Assembly (NCBI GenBank): GCA_951406725.2
Contig: OX597824.1
Coordinates: 34,162,001 to 34,226,000, forward strand
Direction of reading: 5' to 3'
From: Octopus vulgaris
Lineage: Eukaryota
DNA: 64,000 bases
Part shown: positions 39,864 through 53,144 of the stretch, one piece after another
Position numbering within the stretch: the first letter of the stretch is position 1
How the letters are laid out: each line of letters begins with the position of its first letter
Position numbers and translations under genes: made by a program
The notes under the pieces: model-generated
What the model saw: only the letters and a program-made list of their open reading frames with translations
Database searches by the model: none
Told to the model about the DNA's origin: nothing

Positions 39864-40630
39864 TGTGTGCATGTGTGTATGTGTGATACACACACACATA
39901 TATATATACACATACCCACATACATATAAAATGTGTGTGTATATATTATACGTATAATATATATTTTTATATGTATATAAACATATACATATATAAATAT
40001 ATAATAACACACAAATGTACACACACACATACATTCATACACATACATATATACATTTCTGAACTCTATTCCAGACAGTTACAAATAATGTTTAGAACTT
40101 TAGACTGTTCTTGTTGCTCTCTTTAGTTATAAAGTCTGACCAAACATTGTAGAGCAAATGTTATTTTGCTGAGTTCTCTCTCTCTCTCTCTACTAATTAA
40201 CATAAACTAGTAAATGTGATATTGGTTTAATAATTATTATCTTATTTGCTCAACTCTATAATCATGGACCATAATACTAAAAATGTAGGGCTCGGTGCCA
40301 ATGTTAAAAATCATTATAATTATCAAGGTAATGACTAGCAAAAACAGTGAATGTTAGTCAAGTACTGGTATTGGTGGTATTAACTAGACATCTGCTCTAG
40401 AATTGGTAGAGCATCAGGAAAATATTTCTTGTGCTATATTTCAACTCTTTATATTTCTGAGTTCAAATCCTACCAAAATCAACTCCATAGCTCCAGAATC
40501 AATGAAATAAAGTACTAATCAAGTACAAAAGTTCATGGCTTTTGGCTTAATTTTTAACATAAAACGACAACAAAATGAAGCTGTGTGAAAAGGGCAAGAA
40601 GGACCTACAAATGGTTTCTTTCGTTGAAGC

Positions 40631-40666
<36 letters not shown>

Positions 40667-41989
40667 GTTTAGCATCCGTTTTCCATGCTAGCATGGGTTG
40701 GACGGTTCTACTGGGGTCTGTGAAGCCAGAAGGCTTCATCAGGCCCAGTCAAATCTGGCAGTGTTTCTACGGCTGGATGCCCTTCTTAATGCCAACCACT
40801 CTGTGAGTGTAGTGGGTGCTTTCTACGTGCCACCCGCACAGGTGCCAGACAGAGCTGGCAAACGGCCACGAACGGATGGTGCTTTTTATGTGCCACCGGC
40901 ACGAGGGCCAGGCGAGGCTGGCAACGGCCACGGACGGATGGTGCTTTTTACGTGCCACCGGCACGAGGCCAGTCGGGGCAATACTGTCAATTCAGCGTAG
41001 CTGTGTATTAAGAAGTTTGTTTCCCCACCACATGGCCCTGGGTACAGTCCCACTGTTTCGCACCTTGGGCAAAAGTCTTCAACTATAGCCCCAGGCTGAA
41101 CAAAGCCTTGTGAGTGGATTTGTTAGACAGAAACTGAAAGTAGCCCATTGTATGTATGCATACATATCTCTCTGTGTGTGTGTCTATGTTTCTTCCCCAT
41201 CACTGTTTGATAACTGGTGTTAGTGTGTTTGCATCCTTGTAACTTAGTAGTTCAGCAAAAGAGGCTAATAAAATAAGTACCAAGCTTTATAAAAAAAATG
41301 AGTATGGGAGGTGATTCAGTTGACAAAAAATTCAAGGTGGTGCCCCAGCATGGCCACAGTCTAATGACTGAAACAAGTAAAAGTTAAAAGATACATTACA
41401 TTTAAATAACTCACCTCATTAGCCAAATCTCCTTTAATGGCAAGCAAATCTAACCCAGACTTGATGCATCACAGCTGATTGAAGATAGATATTAGTAAGG
41501 TTTGCATTAGATATTAGTAAGGTCAAAAAACAAAATGTGGCACAATGTGAACAAGTTAGAAATAAAGGATCACATCCCATTAATGATGATGAACTTAAAT
41601 GGAAGAAGGAGATCCAGGAAGACATGGGATGAAGTATTGAAGGCCAACCTCAAGAAACTGAGCCCTATCAAGGAGATGACAAAGGACTGAGATATCTGGT
41701 GCTTTGTTGTACTCAAGGAGATCTATCCACCACAGTAGAATCAATACCAGTGTTTGTGTCACATAAGAAGCACCCAGTACACTCTATAAAATGTCTAATG
41801 TTAGGAAGGGCATCCAACCAGAGAAACCATGCCAGAAATGATGATGATGATGATGTTAATGATGATGCTGATGATGATGAAGGTGATGGTGTGGGTGATG
41901 ATGACAACCAGTTTCTTAACTTTTGCAGTTGCCTTCATGAAAGTGCTAACTATTTCTTTGTATTGAATGAAACTCTCAGTTAGTTCTAG

Positions 41990-42500
41990 ATATCAAGACA
42001 TATACTTGATATCATTAGGGATGATATCAAGTAATAGGATTCAATCATGGATTTCTTTTTAGTGTCAAATATTCCCTTATCTTCTGAAACTTCATCATGG
42101 AATATTTCATTTTTACATTCTCTCTGCTTTATGTTTTCTGTATCAATATCACATTCTTGAGCCAACTCAGTCACTTCATTTTCAATCCGTTTGAATTGAA
42201 TCCTACTCATTTTGTATATTTTTCATATCTTTTCCAAAAAAGCGGAATCAAACAAGAAGCTGCTTCCACATCTAGATTATTTTCCTGTAAAAATGGAGAT
42301 AAATTAAAAGCCTTCACTATCAGTTAATTCCAGAATGTAAGAATAACTAAGAATTCATTAGTACTGTTTTCAATTTATATTTTTACTCTAATGAGCTGCT
42401 TAAAAGTATCATTCTCTATCTCATCACCCCAAATTCTTTGTAGAACAACAACAGCTTTTGCTGCTGACTTTCTGGATATCCAACTAATATCACTAATTTC
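41990..42500 (-). mobile_element. Degenerate hAT-type transposase fragment
   Basis: Across frames reads SDISWISRKSAAKAV...EFLVILTFW...SPFLQENNLDVEAASCLI...IENEVTELAQECDID...FHDEVSED. This resembles the S.TRW..R / EF..L..W / S..LQ..D pattern of hAT transposases. Confidence 0.5.
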
Positions 42501-42618
42501 GCTCTTGCGTCTCACGTTTGATCTTTGACTTCTGGCCGAAATCAGATCGCCATGTTGAGTCGCTAGCCTCTGCACGCATTTTTTTTCTCTCCTTCTTTCT
42601 GTGTTTTTTCTCTGTGTA

Positions 42619-42656
42619 TCTTTCTGTTGAAGAGCGTAGGCTCGAAACGTTAAAGA
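42619..42656 (+). ncRNA. Minimal hammerhead-like motif (variant core)
   Basis: tcttt-CTGTTGA-a-gagc(gtag)gctc-GAAAC-GTT-aaaga. Stems I and II pair, and stem III is the palindrome aacgtt. The core has T in place of the conserved A, so it may be inactive. Confidence 0.5.
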
Positions 42657-43598
42657 CTTGTTTTATTTATATTTCCTGAGCGCCATACTAATACAATTGT
42701 TTGTTTGTATTCCACCTGCCTTCATCTTTTGTTTATTTCCGTAAACCTGCCTTCGTCTTTTGTCTATTTTCATAAAGCTTCCCGTAATATCACTAAGATT
42801 CTTTAGAGTCAGTATAAAAGATTTGATCTGATTGCATTGTTCTTTTTTCAATGCGAAAGATGATGTAAGGTAGTGAGCTGGCAGAATCATTAACATGCTG
42901 AGTGATGCCACCCCCACTGGCTAGGTGAGCAAGCCCTGATCAGAAGGCTAGTCCATCACAGGATTACTTATTTACAACTGAGTGGACTGGAGCAATGTGA
43001 AATGAAGTGTTTTGCTTGAAAACTTAAGGGTCTGAATGTTCCAGGGATTGAACCCATGACCTAATGATTGTAAGTGCAAAACCCTAACCGCTAGGTCACA
43101 TGCCTTCACCTTGCTAAAATTTGAAATGAATATAAAAGACAAGGTAAACCGGTAAAAAACATGTGTAGGCACTTTCTAAAGTTACAAAAAACAACTTGAT
43201 ATGAAGACGAGTGGATATTTAATACTACATAAAATTTTAAAATAGCAGTTAGTAAAGAAAGCATTTAAAGCAACTTCCCTAATTTTTGTTTTGGGACCAA
43301 ATATTTCACCCTACATGGCGTTGTGGGATGATGTCAGCAGCTGGGGAGCTGACTGGAAGAGGCAGCAGTGACGCACGCGCAGGCAGGGCAAGATTTGCCT
43401 TTTTCGAGGCAGGTCACCAAGCGAGCAAGACAGGGTCAGCACGTTGTTAAGGTTGGGAGAAGCAGCTGCTATTTCTAGCGTTCGGGTCGGGCTGTGTTGA
43501 AGGATCCATTACCGCTGAAGGGTCTCCATCTGAGTGAAGAGAAGGTAGGGGCCTTTATTTCGAATCTCTCGCAGGCACCACATAAGGCTGACAAATTG

Positions 43599-43995
43599 TT
43601 ACTCTTTTTACTTTACTTGTTTCAGTCATTTGACTGCAGCCATGCTGGAGCACCGCCTTTAGTCGAGCAACTCGACCCCGGGACTTATTCTTTTGTAAGC
43701 CCAGTACTTATTCTATCAGTCTCTTTTGCCGAACCGCTAAGTGACGGGGACATAAACACACCAGCATCGGTTGTCAAGCAATGCTAGGGGGACAAACACA
43801 GACACACAAAATACACGCACTTACATATATACGACGGGCTTCTTTCAGTTTCCGTCTACCAAATCCACTCACAAGGCTTTGGTCGGCCCGAGGCTATAGT
43901 AGAAGACACTTTCCCAAGGTGCCACACAGTGGGACTGAACCCGGAGCCATGTGGTTGGTAGACAAGCTACTTACCACACAGCCACTCCTGCGCCT
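43599..43995 (-). mobile_element. Full-length tRNA-derived SINE (abundant family)
   Basis: Head ggcgcaggagtggctgtgtggtaagtagcttg...ggttcagtcccac, tail ggtgctccagcatggc...gactgaaacaagtaaa. Other copies at about 26353-26730, 41000-41390 and 59745-60240, with partial copies at 7795, 11140, 18520 and 54840. Confidence 0.85.
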
Positions 43996-44844
43996 ATAAC
44001 TGATACACACAGTTATTAATGGTACTGCATTTTTAATTGCTGGAAGAAGAATGCTGAATAAAACTTTTCACCCTTTGCTCCAATTAATCCACTGAATTGT
44101 AAAAAAAGTCATTTCACTGTATCACAGTGTGTTGTCACATTGCAAAGATAAAAAAAAACATTGATCAGTTTTGCTGATGTCAATAGTACAGTAACAATTA
44201 ATGCAAAATACTTAATCAACTTGATTTCTGCTCTTATCTTCTATAAAACCCAAACTGATAAGGAATGTATTTGGTCATTTTGTATGTCAGGGCTGAGAAA
44301 TGTTGCATTTCAATCTCTTGGTAATAAATATAGTTTCAGTAATCTATAATTTTTGGTGAACACTTTAATAGTTTAGCATTTAAACCAGTCATATCTGGTC
44401 CAGATGTGTAGTGTTATGCTCTAACCAGCTAGATCCAGCCTATCACACTTACTCTTCAATGCCATAATAAAATAAAAAAATCACATCATCAACATTTTGA
44501 AGCTACAAAATAATGCATGATTAATTGAAATCATCATCATCATCATCATTTAACGTCCGCTTTCCATGCTAGCATGGGTTGGATAATTTGACTGAAGACT
44601 GATGAACCAGATGGCTGCACCAGGCTCCAACCTGATCTGGCAGCGTTTCTACAGCTGGATGCCCTTTTTATTTCCTTTTCTCCAACTGCAGGCATATGCT
44701 CACTCACACCATTCTTGCCACTTTCATCCAGCTTTCAGCTAACTGGCGAGAAGAAAACACTTCTCTCTCTACTCTTATTTTGTTTTACAAGTGAAACTTA
44801 AAGAAGTTGATCAGGGATTGGCCATAAGTGGGCTGCTTACACCA

Positions 44845-45305
44845 CTGGCATAGGCCATGGGTTATGGTCTCACTTGGCTTGCCGGGTCTTCTCAAGCACA
44901 GCATATTTCCAAAGGCCTTGGTCACTAGTCATTGCCTCGGTGAGGCCTAATGTTCGAAGGTCATGCTTCACCACCTCATCCCAGGTCTTCCTGGGTCTAC
45001 CTCTTCTGCAGGCTCCCTCAACCACTAGGGTGTGACACTTTTACACCCAACTATCCTCATCCATTCTCACCACATGACCATACCAGCGCAGTCGTCTCTC
45101 TTGCACACCACATCTGATGCTTCTTAGGTCCAACTTTTCTCTCAACGCATTTACACTCTGTTGAGTATGCACACTGACATTACACATCCAGCATAGCATA
45201 CTGGCTTCGTTGCTTGCAAGCTTACGCATGTCCTCAGCAGTCACAGCCCATGTTTCACTGTCATGTAGTATGGCTGTTCATACACATACGTCATAGAGTC
45301 TACCT
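44845..45305 (-). mobile_element. RTE-clade LINE 3' fragment
   Basis: EASMLCWMCNVS...LREKL...QERRLRWYGHVVRMDED...RGRPRKTWDEVVKHDL. A related degenerate fragment lies on + at about 41560-41730. Confidence 0.85.
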
Positions 45306-46103
45306 TTTACTCTATATATACATACATATATATTTTATTTTTTTAGTTTTGGCTCAGAGCTGCGGCCAAGTTGATGCACCGCCGTTTTGTGCCACACTGT
45401 TATTACTAAGAGCCTCTTCTAATATGTGGCACTTGGTGAAGAATGGAGTTTGATATAGCTACCCTCATTTGCACCTCTTGCCATGAGGTAGGTTTATCTG
45501 GGACTTTCGACAGGAAGAGGTCCAGCTTTGATTTAGAAACCCCTACATCTATATATATATATATCTCTTATGATAAAAGGCAGATTTTCTCTGCCTGTGA
45601 CTATGATTCTTTTTAATACAATTGTACAATATAGAATTTCTTCAATTGGAATTTACCTATGATTTTTCGAAGTACATCCCATTGGGTCATGGCATATAAA
45701 TTTTTTTCAATTTGATCCCCAATTAAGCAAAAATTCGAGAAAACTAAATATTTTACGATTTGCCTTCACTCCGATTATTGCCACACTTTCTCCTACTTTC
45801 TCTTTGCAAGTGTACCTTCAACCACTACTCAAAAAAAAATACACAGGAAACAGAAACAAATAAAAACATAACGATTTACTCCTCACCCAATTTCTTCAAT
45901 TGGAATTTACCTAGGATTTTTCGAAGTACATTCCATTGGGTCATGGCATATAAATTTCTTTCAATTTGACCCCCAATTAAGCAAAAATTCGAGAAAACTT
46001 AATATTTTACGATTTCCCTCTCTCATTTCAAATGCTTTACTCATCGCTAAGTTTTCATAGTATTAATTTGTCAATTGTTGAAAGAAAGAAATTGTAAGCT
46101 AAG

Positions 46104-46144
<41 letters not shown>

Positions 46145-46315
46145 TGTGTGTGTGTCTGTCAGTGTGTATGTGTGTGTGTGTGTGTGTGTGTGTAGGAAGT
46201 GAACGATAAAAATATGGCAAGAAGTGGACAGATGTACATATAAACATAAATACATCCATACATACATACATGTGTGTGTGTGTGTATGTGTATTAATGTT
46301 TGTGTTGTTATCTCT

Positions 46316-46691
46316 CTCTATATAAAGCTGAAGTTGTCTGTGTACGCCAGGTTTGGTAGCCTTCAACTAACACTATCTCCTCCGAGACCCTGCGGCGCAA
46401 GTTGACCAAAATTGACAGTATGATAGAAGAAGGGTTGCTCTTCCTTCCGTAGAAGACAAAATTCAAATCGGACCATATTATCACCCAAAATTATTTACAT
46501 CAAAAAGGTACTTTTTTCTATGAAAATCCCTATTTTTTACGATTTTTTCACCGCTGTGTCGCCACTTTTCAACCAGAAAAATGTTCACTTGAAGAGAATA
46601 ACAAGCTACATAATGCAAAATTTTTACTTTTCAAAAATTCCAATTCCAGCAGGTCGAAACAAACCAGAGCAATGCCGAGCGATACTGCTAG
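46316..46691 (+). mobile_element. Non-autonomous Helitron-like element
   Basis: 5' TCTATATAAAGCTGAAGTTGTCTGTGT, 3' GC-rich subterminal motif gcaatgccgagcgatactg then CTAG|T, no TSD. A related 5' part with a duplicated segment of about 125 bp lies at about 45550-46020. Confidence 0.55.
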
Positions 46692-46716
46692 TATATATAT
46701 ATATATATATATATAT

Positions 46717-46814
46717 ATACAAATAAATGAAAGAATGGAGTTGAACGACGATTTAACAAAATGAAGGAATTTTGTTAAATCGTCGTTCAACTCCATTCTT
46801 TCATTTATTTGTAT
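46717..46814. repeat. Perfect hairpin, 46-bp arms with 6-nt loop, between (TA)n tracts
   Basis: atacaaataaatgaaagaatggagttgaacgacgatttaacaaaat-gaagga-attttgttaaatcgtcgttcaactccattctttcatttatttgtat. Confidence 0.95.
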
Positions 46815-46988
46815 TAAAAAACACACAAATTTCAACACGAAAGCACGTGATCTCTGCCCTTGGCATGTAGCTTCAACCGTGTTTTTCTGACGTGAATTTG
46901 CTACTCAGGTATCGGTTAACCGAATTATCCATACTAAGATAATTCATTCAACTACTTATATATATATATATATATGCATATACATATG

Positions 46989-47036
<48 letters not shown>

Positions 47037-47086
47037 AGTATATATTTATGTATGTATTATATATATATATATATACATATATGTAT

Positions 47087-47131
<45 letters not shown>

Positions 47132-47136
47132 CACAC

Positions 47137-47179
<43 letters not shown>

Positions 47180-47189
47180 TATATTAATA

Positions 47190-47229
<40 letters not shown>

Positions 47230-47512
47230 CATATATATATATATATGTATATATAATAATAATTTGAGGGAATATTATTCCTAACTTACAGGGAAAAATT
47301 CAGTTTAGAAATACTAAATCAAATTTCACAAAATATAATATATATATATGAAAATTAGAAAAAAAACACCTTTTATCAATTCAAAATGAACAATTAAATT
47401 ACACCATCTAGAAAATTACATATAATAGAAATATTAAAAATAAAATAACAATAATATACCGATGATTAAGTAAATTGCAAAATAATAATAAAAATGTATA
47501 TATTTGGTAGAA

Positions 47513-47616
47513 TAACGACACGTGTTTCGTGGCTATATTTAAGAAATGATTATAGTAAAAAAATTAATAGCAGTAGTAAAATCACTTCGATATAGATATA
47601 GCCACTCATCAGGTTA
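47513..47616 (-). ncRNA. Type I hammerhead ribozyme with extended stem II
   Basis: Minus strand: taac-CTGATGA-gtggctatat...atatagccac-GAAAC-acgt-GTC-gtta. Intact core, 10-bp stem II, palindromic stem III (acacgtgt), 4-bp stem I. Confidence 0.8.
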
Positions 47617-47711
47617 AAAATAAACTACAATAATACAATAATTAATTAATAAATATACGTAAATAATCTTTTAAAATATAAATATATTCTTTAAAATATA
47701 TATATATATAT

Positions 47712-48004
47712 ATAAGCAAGGAAAAATTGTAAAAATGCAGAATGCTAAATTGAAAGAAAATTTTAATGAAATGAGAAATTGATAAAATATATAAATATAT
47801 ATTTATTCAAACGTTTTCCATAGTGTGACTTATCAAGAATAGTTAGGTAAAAAGTTTTAAAAAACTTTTTACCTAACTATTCTTGATAAGACTATGAAAA
47901 CCGGTTTGAATAAATATATATTTATATATTTTATCAATTTCTCATTTCATTAAAATTTTCTTTCAATTTAGCATTCTGCATTTTTACAATTTTTCCTTGC
48001 TTAT
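47712..48004. repeat. Near-perfect palindrome of about 290 bp
   Basis: ataagcaaggaaaaattgtaaaaatgcagaatgc...gttaggtaaaaagtttt|aaaactttttacctaac...gcattctgcatttttacaatttttccttgcttat. Confidence 0.93.
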
Positions 48005-48046
48005 CATTTCTCCACGTGCGGTCAACACAACCCCACCATTTATTGA

Positions 48047-48092
<46 letters not shown>

Positions 48093-49212
48093 TATATAAG
48101 ATACTAAATATACAGTGTATATATAATGTATTTGTTAATGGTAATTTAGATATGTACATTTATTTAATTATTATTATTTTATAATTATTATATCTGAACG
48201 TAAATTTTAAAATATTAGTTAGTCACTTTGTGATTTAGATAGTAAAAATGTTTTAATTTAACTAAAAGTTCTTATTATATTTCTAGTACTATTACATTTA
48301 ATAATAATAAGTATTTTATAAGTGATAAGTTGTACGTTTTTAGCTTTGGAATTTTTCATTTCTTATTTCATAAATATTTTCAAAAATTACCTATAATATT
48401 TATGTAAGTAATAATGGACTAATTCATTTATTGTTTATATGTTTATTGATAGAAAAAATATGGATTTTTAATTACTATATTTGTTGATTATAATTTAGAT
48501 ACTTATTTTTATAAATTTATTATTTTATAATTATTATATGTGGACTAAACTCTAAAAATATTATGAGTGATTGTTTTGTAAAATAGTTTGGTAATTAAAT
48601 ATTAGAGTATAATTAGGTTAAAGATATTCTATAGTTTATTAATGTTTTTTATTAAAGCTAAATTATATCTTCACAGATAAATACATTTTTCTTTCTATTT
48701 ACTCTATTTTTTTACCTTAAATATTTAACATAATAAATGTATTGTAGGCAACTGGTCCTAATGTCTAAAGTTTCAAATTTAGTTAATGGAGTTTCTTCTA
48801 CAAGAAAAATCATTATTTTATTTTTTTAATAAATCAATATTTAACTCTATTTGCTTATTCATTTAACTATTATTGTTAACCCAAAGAGTGACTATAATTT
48901 TAAATTGAATTGTTTTTTGATTAAATTTAAATTTAATTGTAATTCAAATTTAATTATAGCCATGAAACATACGTAGTTTTTTTAATTATATATTGTTTAT
49001 TCATTATTGTAATTTTTGTGATCTAATTATATGTTTTAAAATATATTTTATCTTTTTTATTTATGTATGATTTGGTTTATACCTATCATTGTTTGAATTG
49101 CACAATAGTGGTTTTTCTCTAATTTATATATATTATATATTTATATTGTGAAATTTGATTTAATACTAAATTGAATTTTTCCCTGTAAGTTTGGAGTTAT
49201 GCTCCCTAATAT

Positions 49213-49250
<38 letters not shown>

Positions 49251-49395
49251 GAGACATTAATGCACCTGGTGGCTGTTCCCCTGTCGTAGACCATGACTGT
49301 CCTACATGAGGGGACAAAACATATGTAGGTATAACATAGTGTTATATTTATTACTGATTGTTTCTCGTTTATTTCAGAAAATGCAGTGAAGTTTG

Positions 49396-49437
49396 TTTTG
49401 CTGACGAGATCATTATAACATCGAAACATGTCCGGGG
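49396..49437 (+). ncRNA. Minimal type I hammerhead ribozyme motif
   Basis: ttttg-CTGACGA-gat(cattataac)atc-GAAAC-at-GTC-cgggg. Stem III is palindromic (acatgt). Stem I is mostly G-U pairs. Confidence 0.6.
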
Positions 49438-50023
49438 TTGTCTCCCGTATTTATTGAAATCCTTAAAATAATGTTAGTCATTGATACTATTACTATTCTT
49501 TTATTACCTAATTATACTATTTAAAAATTGTATAAGTCTCCACTCGATTTAATTATGATAACATCAATTTAGCTATCATAGGCTTCAGTTTACTTTAAAT
49601 CTGATCCCTTGTTACTGTTTAAACCAAGTTAGCTTGAATCGAACAGGCATATATATTTCAACTACAACCAGCCTATCTGCCTTTTAAGACACTGTATTTA
49701 GTATCAAATTGTCTTGTGTATCGGTTTTTTAAGACAGTAGATTTGACTGCTATTGCTAGCAGATCGAAAGACCAAGTAAAATCTTTCTTGTTGATTTTTA
49801 CTCACTGACTCTTCCATTCACACTGTGAATGTGTGTGTGTGTGTGTGCATGCGTGTATCGACAGGCGGTTGTTAGTGCCATCAAAGTAGTTAGGAGCTAT
49901 AAATTAGTTATACCAAAATGAGTATGAAGTAGATAAGCAGCAAAAACACAGGAAAGCAAAAGTTCGTAGCAGTTCTTCATAAGCCTTTTGACGTACTTTT
50001 ACGTTATAAATATACGTGTGTGA

Positions 50024-52005
<1,982 letters not shown>

Positions 52006-52011
<6 letters not shown>

Positions 52012-52165
52012 TATATAGAAGGAGCTTCTACAGGACTAGAACTGTTTCATTCAAGAGAAATCATCAGGAAGCTAGTTAACAAGAATTCTTGTTAACTAGC
52101 TTCCTGATGATTTCTCTTGAATGAAACAGTTCTAGTCCTGTAGAAGCTCCTTCTATATAATAAAT
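52006..52165. repeat. Perfect 160-bp palindrome containing two divergent hammerhead motifs
   Basis: Dyad centre in GAATTC (52083-52088). The arms are exact reverse complements. Confidence 0.97.
52098..52148 (+). ncRNA. Type I hammerhead ribozyme (mirror copy on - strand at 52023-52073)
   Basis: agcttc-CTGATGA-t-ttc(tctt)gaa-t-GAAA-cag(ttctagtc)ctGTA-gaagct. Stem I is 6 bp, stem III is ACAG/CTGT, the GUA cleavage triplet ends at 52142, and stem II is short. Confidence 0.72.
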
Positions 52166-52179
52166 TAATTTTACTCTGC

Positions 52180-52403
52180 TGCGCAATGGCCTAGTGGTTA
52201 GGGCAGCGGACTCGCGGTCGCAGGATCGCGGTTTCGATTCTCAGACCGGGCGTTGTGTGTGTTTATTGAGCGAAAACACCTAAAAGCTCTACGAGGCTCC
52301 GGCAGGGGGTGGTGATCCCTGCTGTACTCTTTCACCACAATGGCGGTGCCCCAGCATGGCCACAGCTCAAGAGCTGAAACTGGAAAAAAAAAAAAAAAAA
52401 AAA
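52180..52403 (+). mobile_element. tRNA-derived SINE with CR1-derived 3' tail and poly(A)
   Basis: A-box TGGCCTAGTGG (52187-52197), B-box-like GGTTTCGATTC. The 3' end matches LINE 51903-51943. Related heads occur at 25230-25435 (-) and about 39000-39295 (+). Confidence 0.85.
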
Positions 52404-52454
52404 ATGTATTGAGTACCTTATTTACTGTGGTTAACCCCGAATCAACCCGGGACC

Positions 52455-52492
<38 letters not shown>

Positions 52493-52537
52493 TACATACA
52501 TATATTTATGCATACATAATACATATTTATATATATG

Positions 52538-52587
<50 letters not shown>

Positions 52588-52899
52588 TACATATATTTAT
52601 GCATATATAATACATATTTATATATGTGTGTGTGTGTATCTTGGTTTCATAGTGATAAAACAGGAGCTCGATCGCTAGCTTCTACGTACTTGAAGTCCCA
52701 CTGGGGCCTAAAATGAAGAAATGACTATTAGCGTTTACTCATCACAGGTTGGGCCTTGAAGTAGACTTGTGATCTACGTCATTTTAGCCGTCACCATTCT
52801 CATTTATTTTAAATATTACGTTATCAGAATCGTGCTTTCCTTTTCAAGTCGGTAAGGTTTTAACTAGGAGGAAATTTAACTATTAAAATCTAGCAATAG

Positions 52900-53100
52900 T
52901 GACTTCCACGATGGCTGGAACGACTACTCGTAATAGTTACCCTCTTGGTGTCGTAGCACTGTTCAAAATAGTCGCTACTGTTTAAATTATAGTCTTACAG
53001 AACATCAGTAATAGTAGTAGCAATAACAGCCGTATTAGTAGTAGTACATGTCGTAGTACGCAGGCGCGGACTGCTTATCGGACAGTTCTAAAATGGCGGA
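52900..53100 (+). promoter_or_regulatory. Probable PP1-beta proximal promoter/5' UTR
   Basis: Locally CpG-richer stretch just upstream of the ATG. The YY1-like AAAATGGCGG motif overlaps the start codon. The TSS cannot be determined from sequence. Confidence 0.45.
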
Positions 53101-53144
53101 TAATGAGTTTAATGTCGATAGTCTGATTCAACGGTTGCTTGAAG
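53093..53144 (+). CDS. PPP1CB: Serine/threonine-protein phosphatase PP1-beta catalytic subunit, coding exon 1 (MADNEFNVDSLIQRLLE+G)
   Basis: aaaATGGCGGATAATGAG...CTTGAAG|gtatga. Translation closely matches the PP1-beta N-terminus (MADGELNVDSLITRLLEV). 52-nt phase-1 exon ending at a GT donor. Confidence 0.93.

Noticed and set aside
41699-41983. Acidic poly-Asp ORF, and poly-His ORFs at 40585 and 23826
   Set aside because: These come from the (GAT)n/(CAT)n tails of SINEs.
52180-52252. tRNA-like sequence with A and B boxes (also at about 39000 and 25370-25435)
   Set aside because: No proper acceptor stem or cloverleaf, and it continues into SINE body and tail. It is a SINE head, not a tRNA gene.
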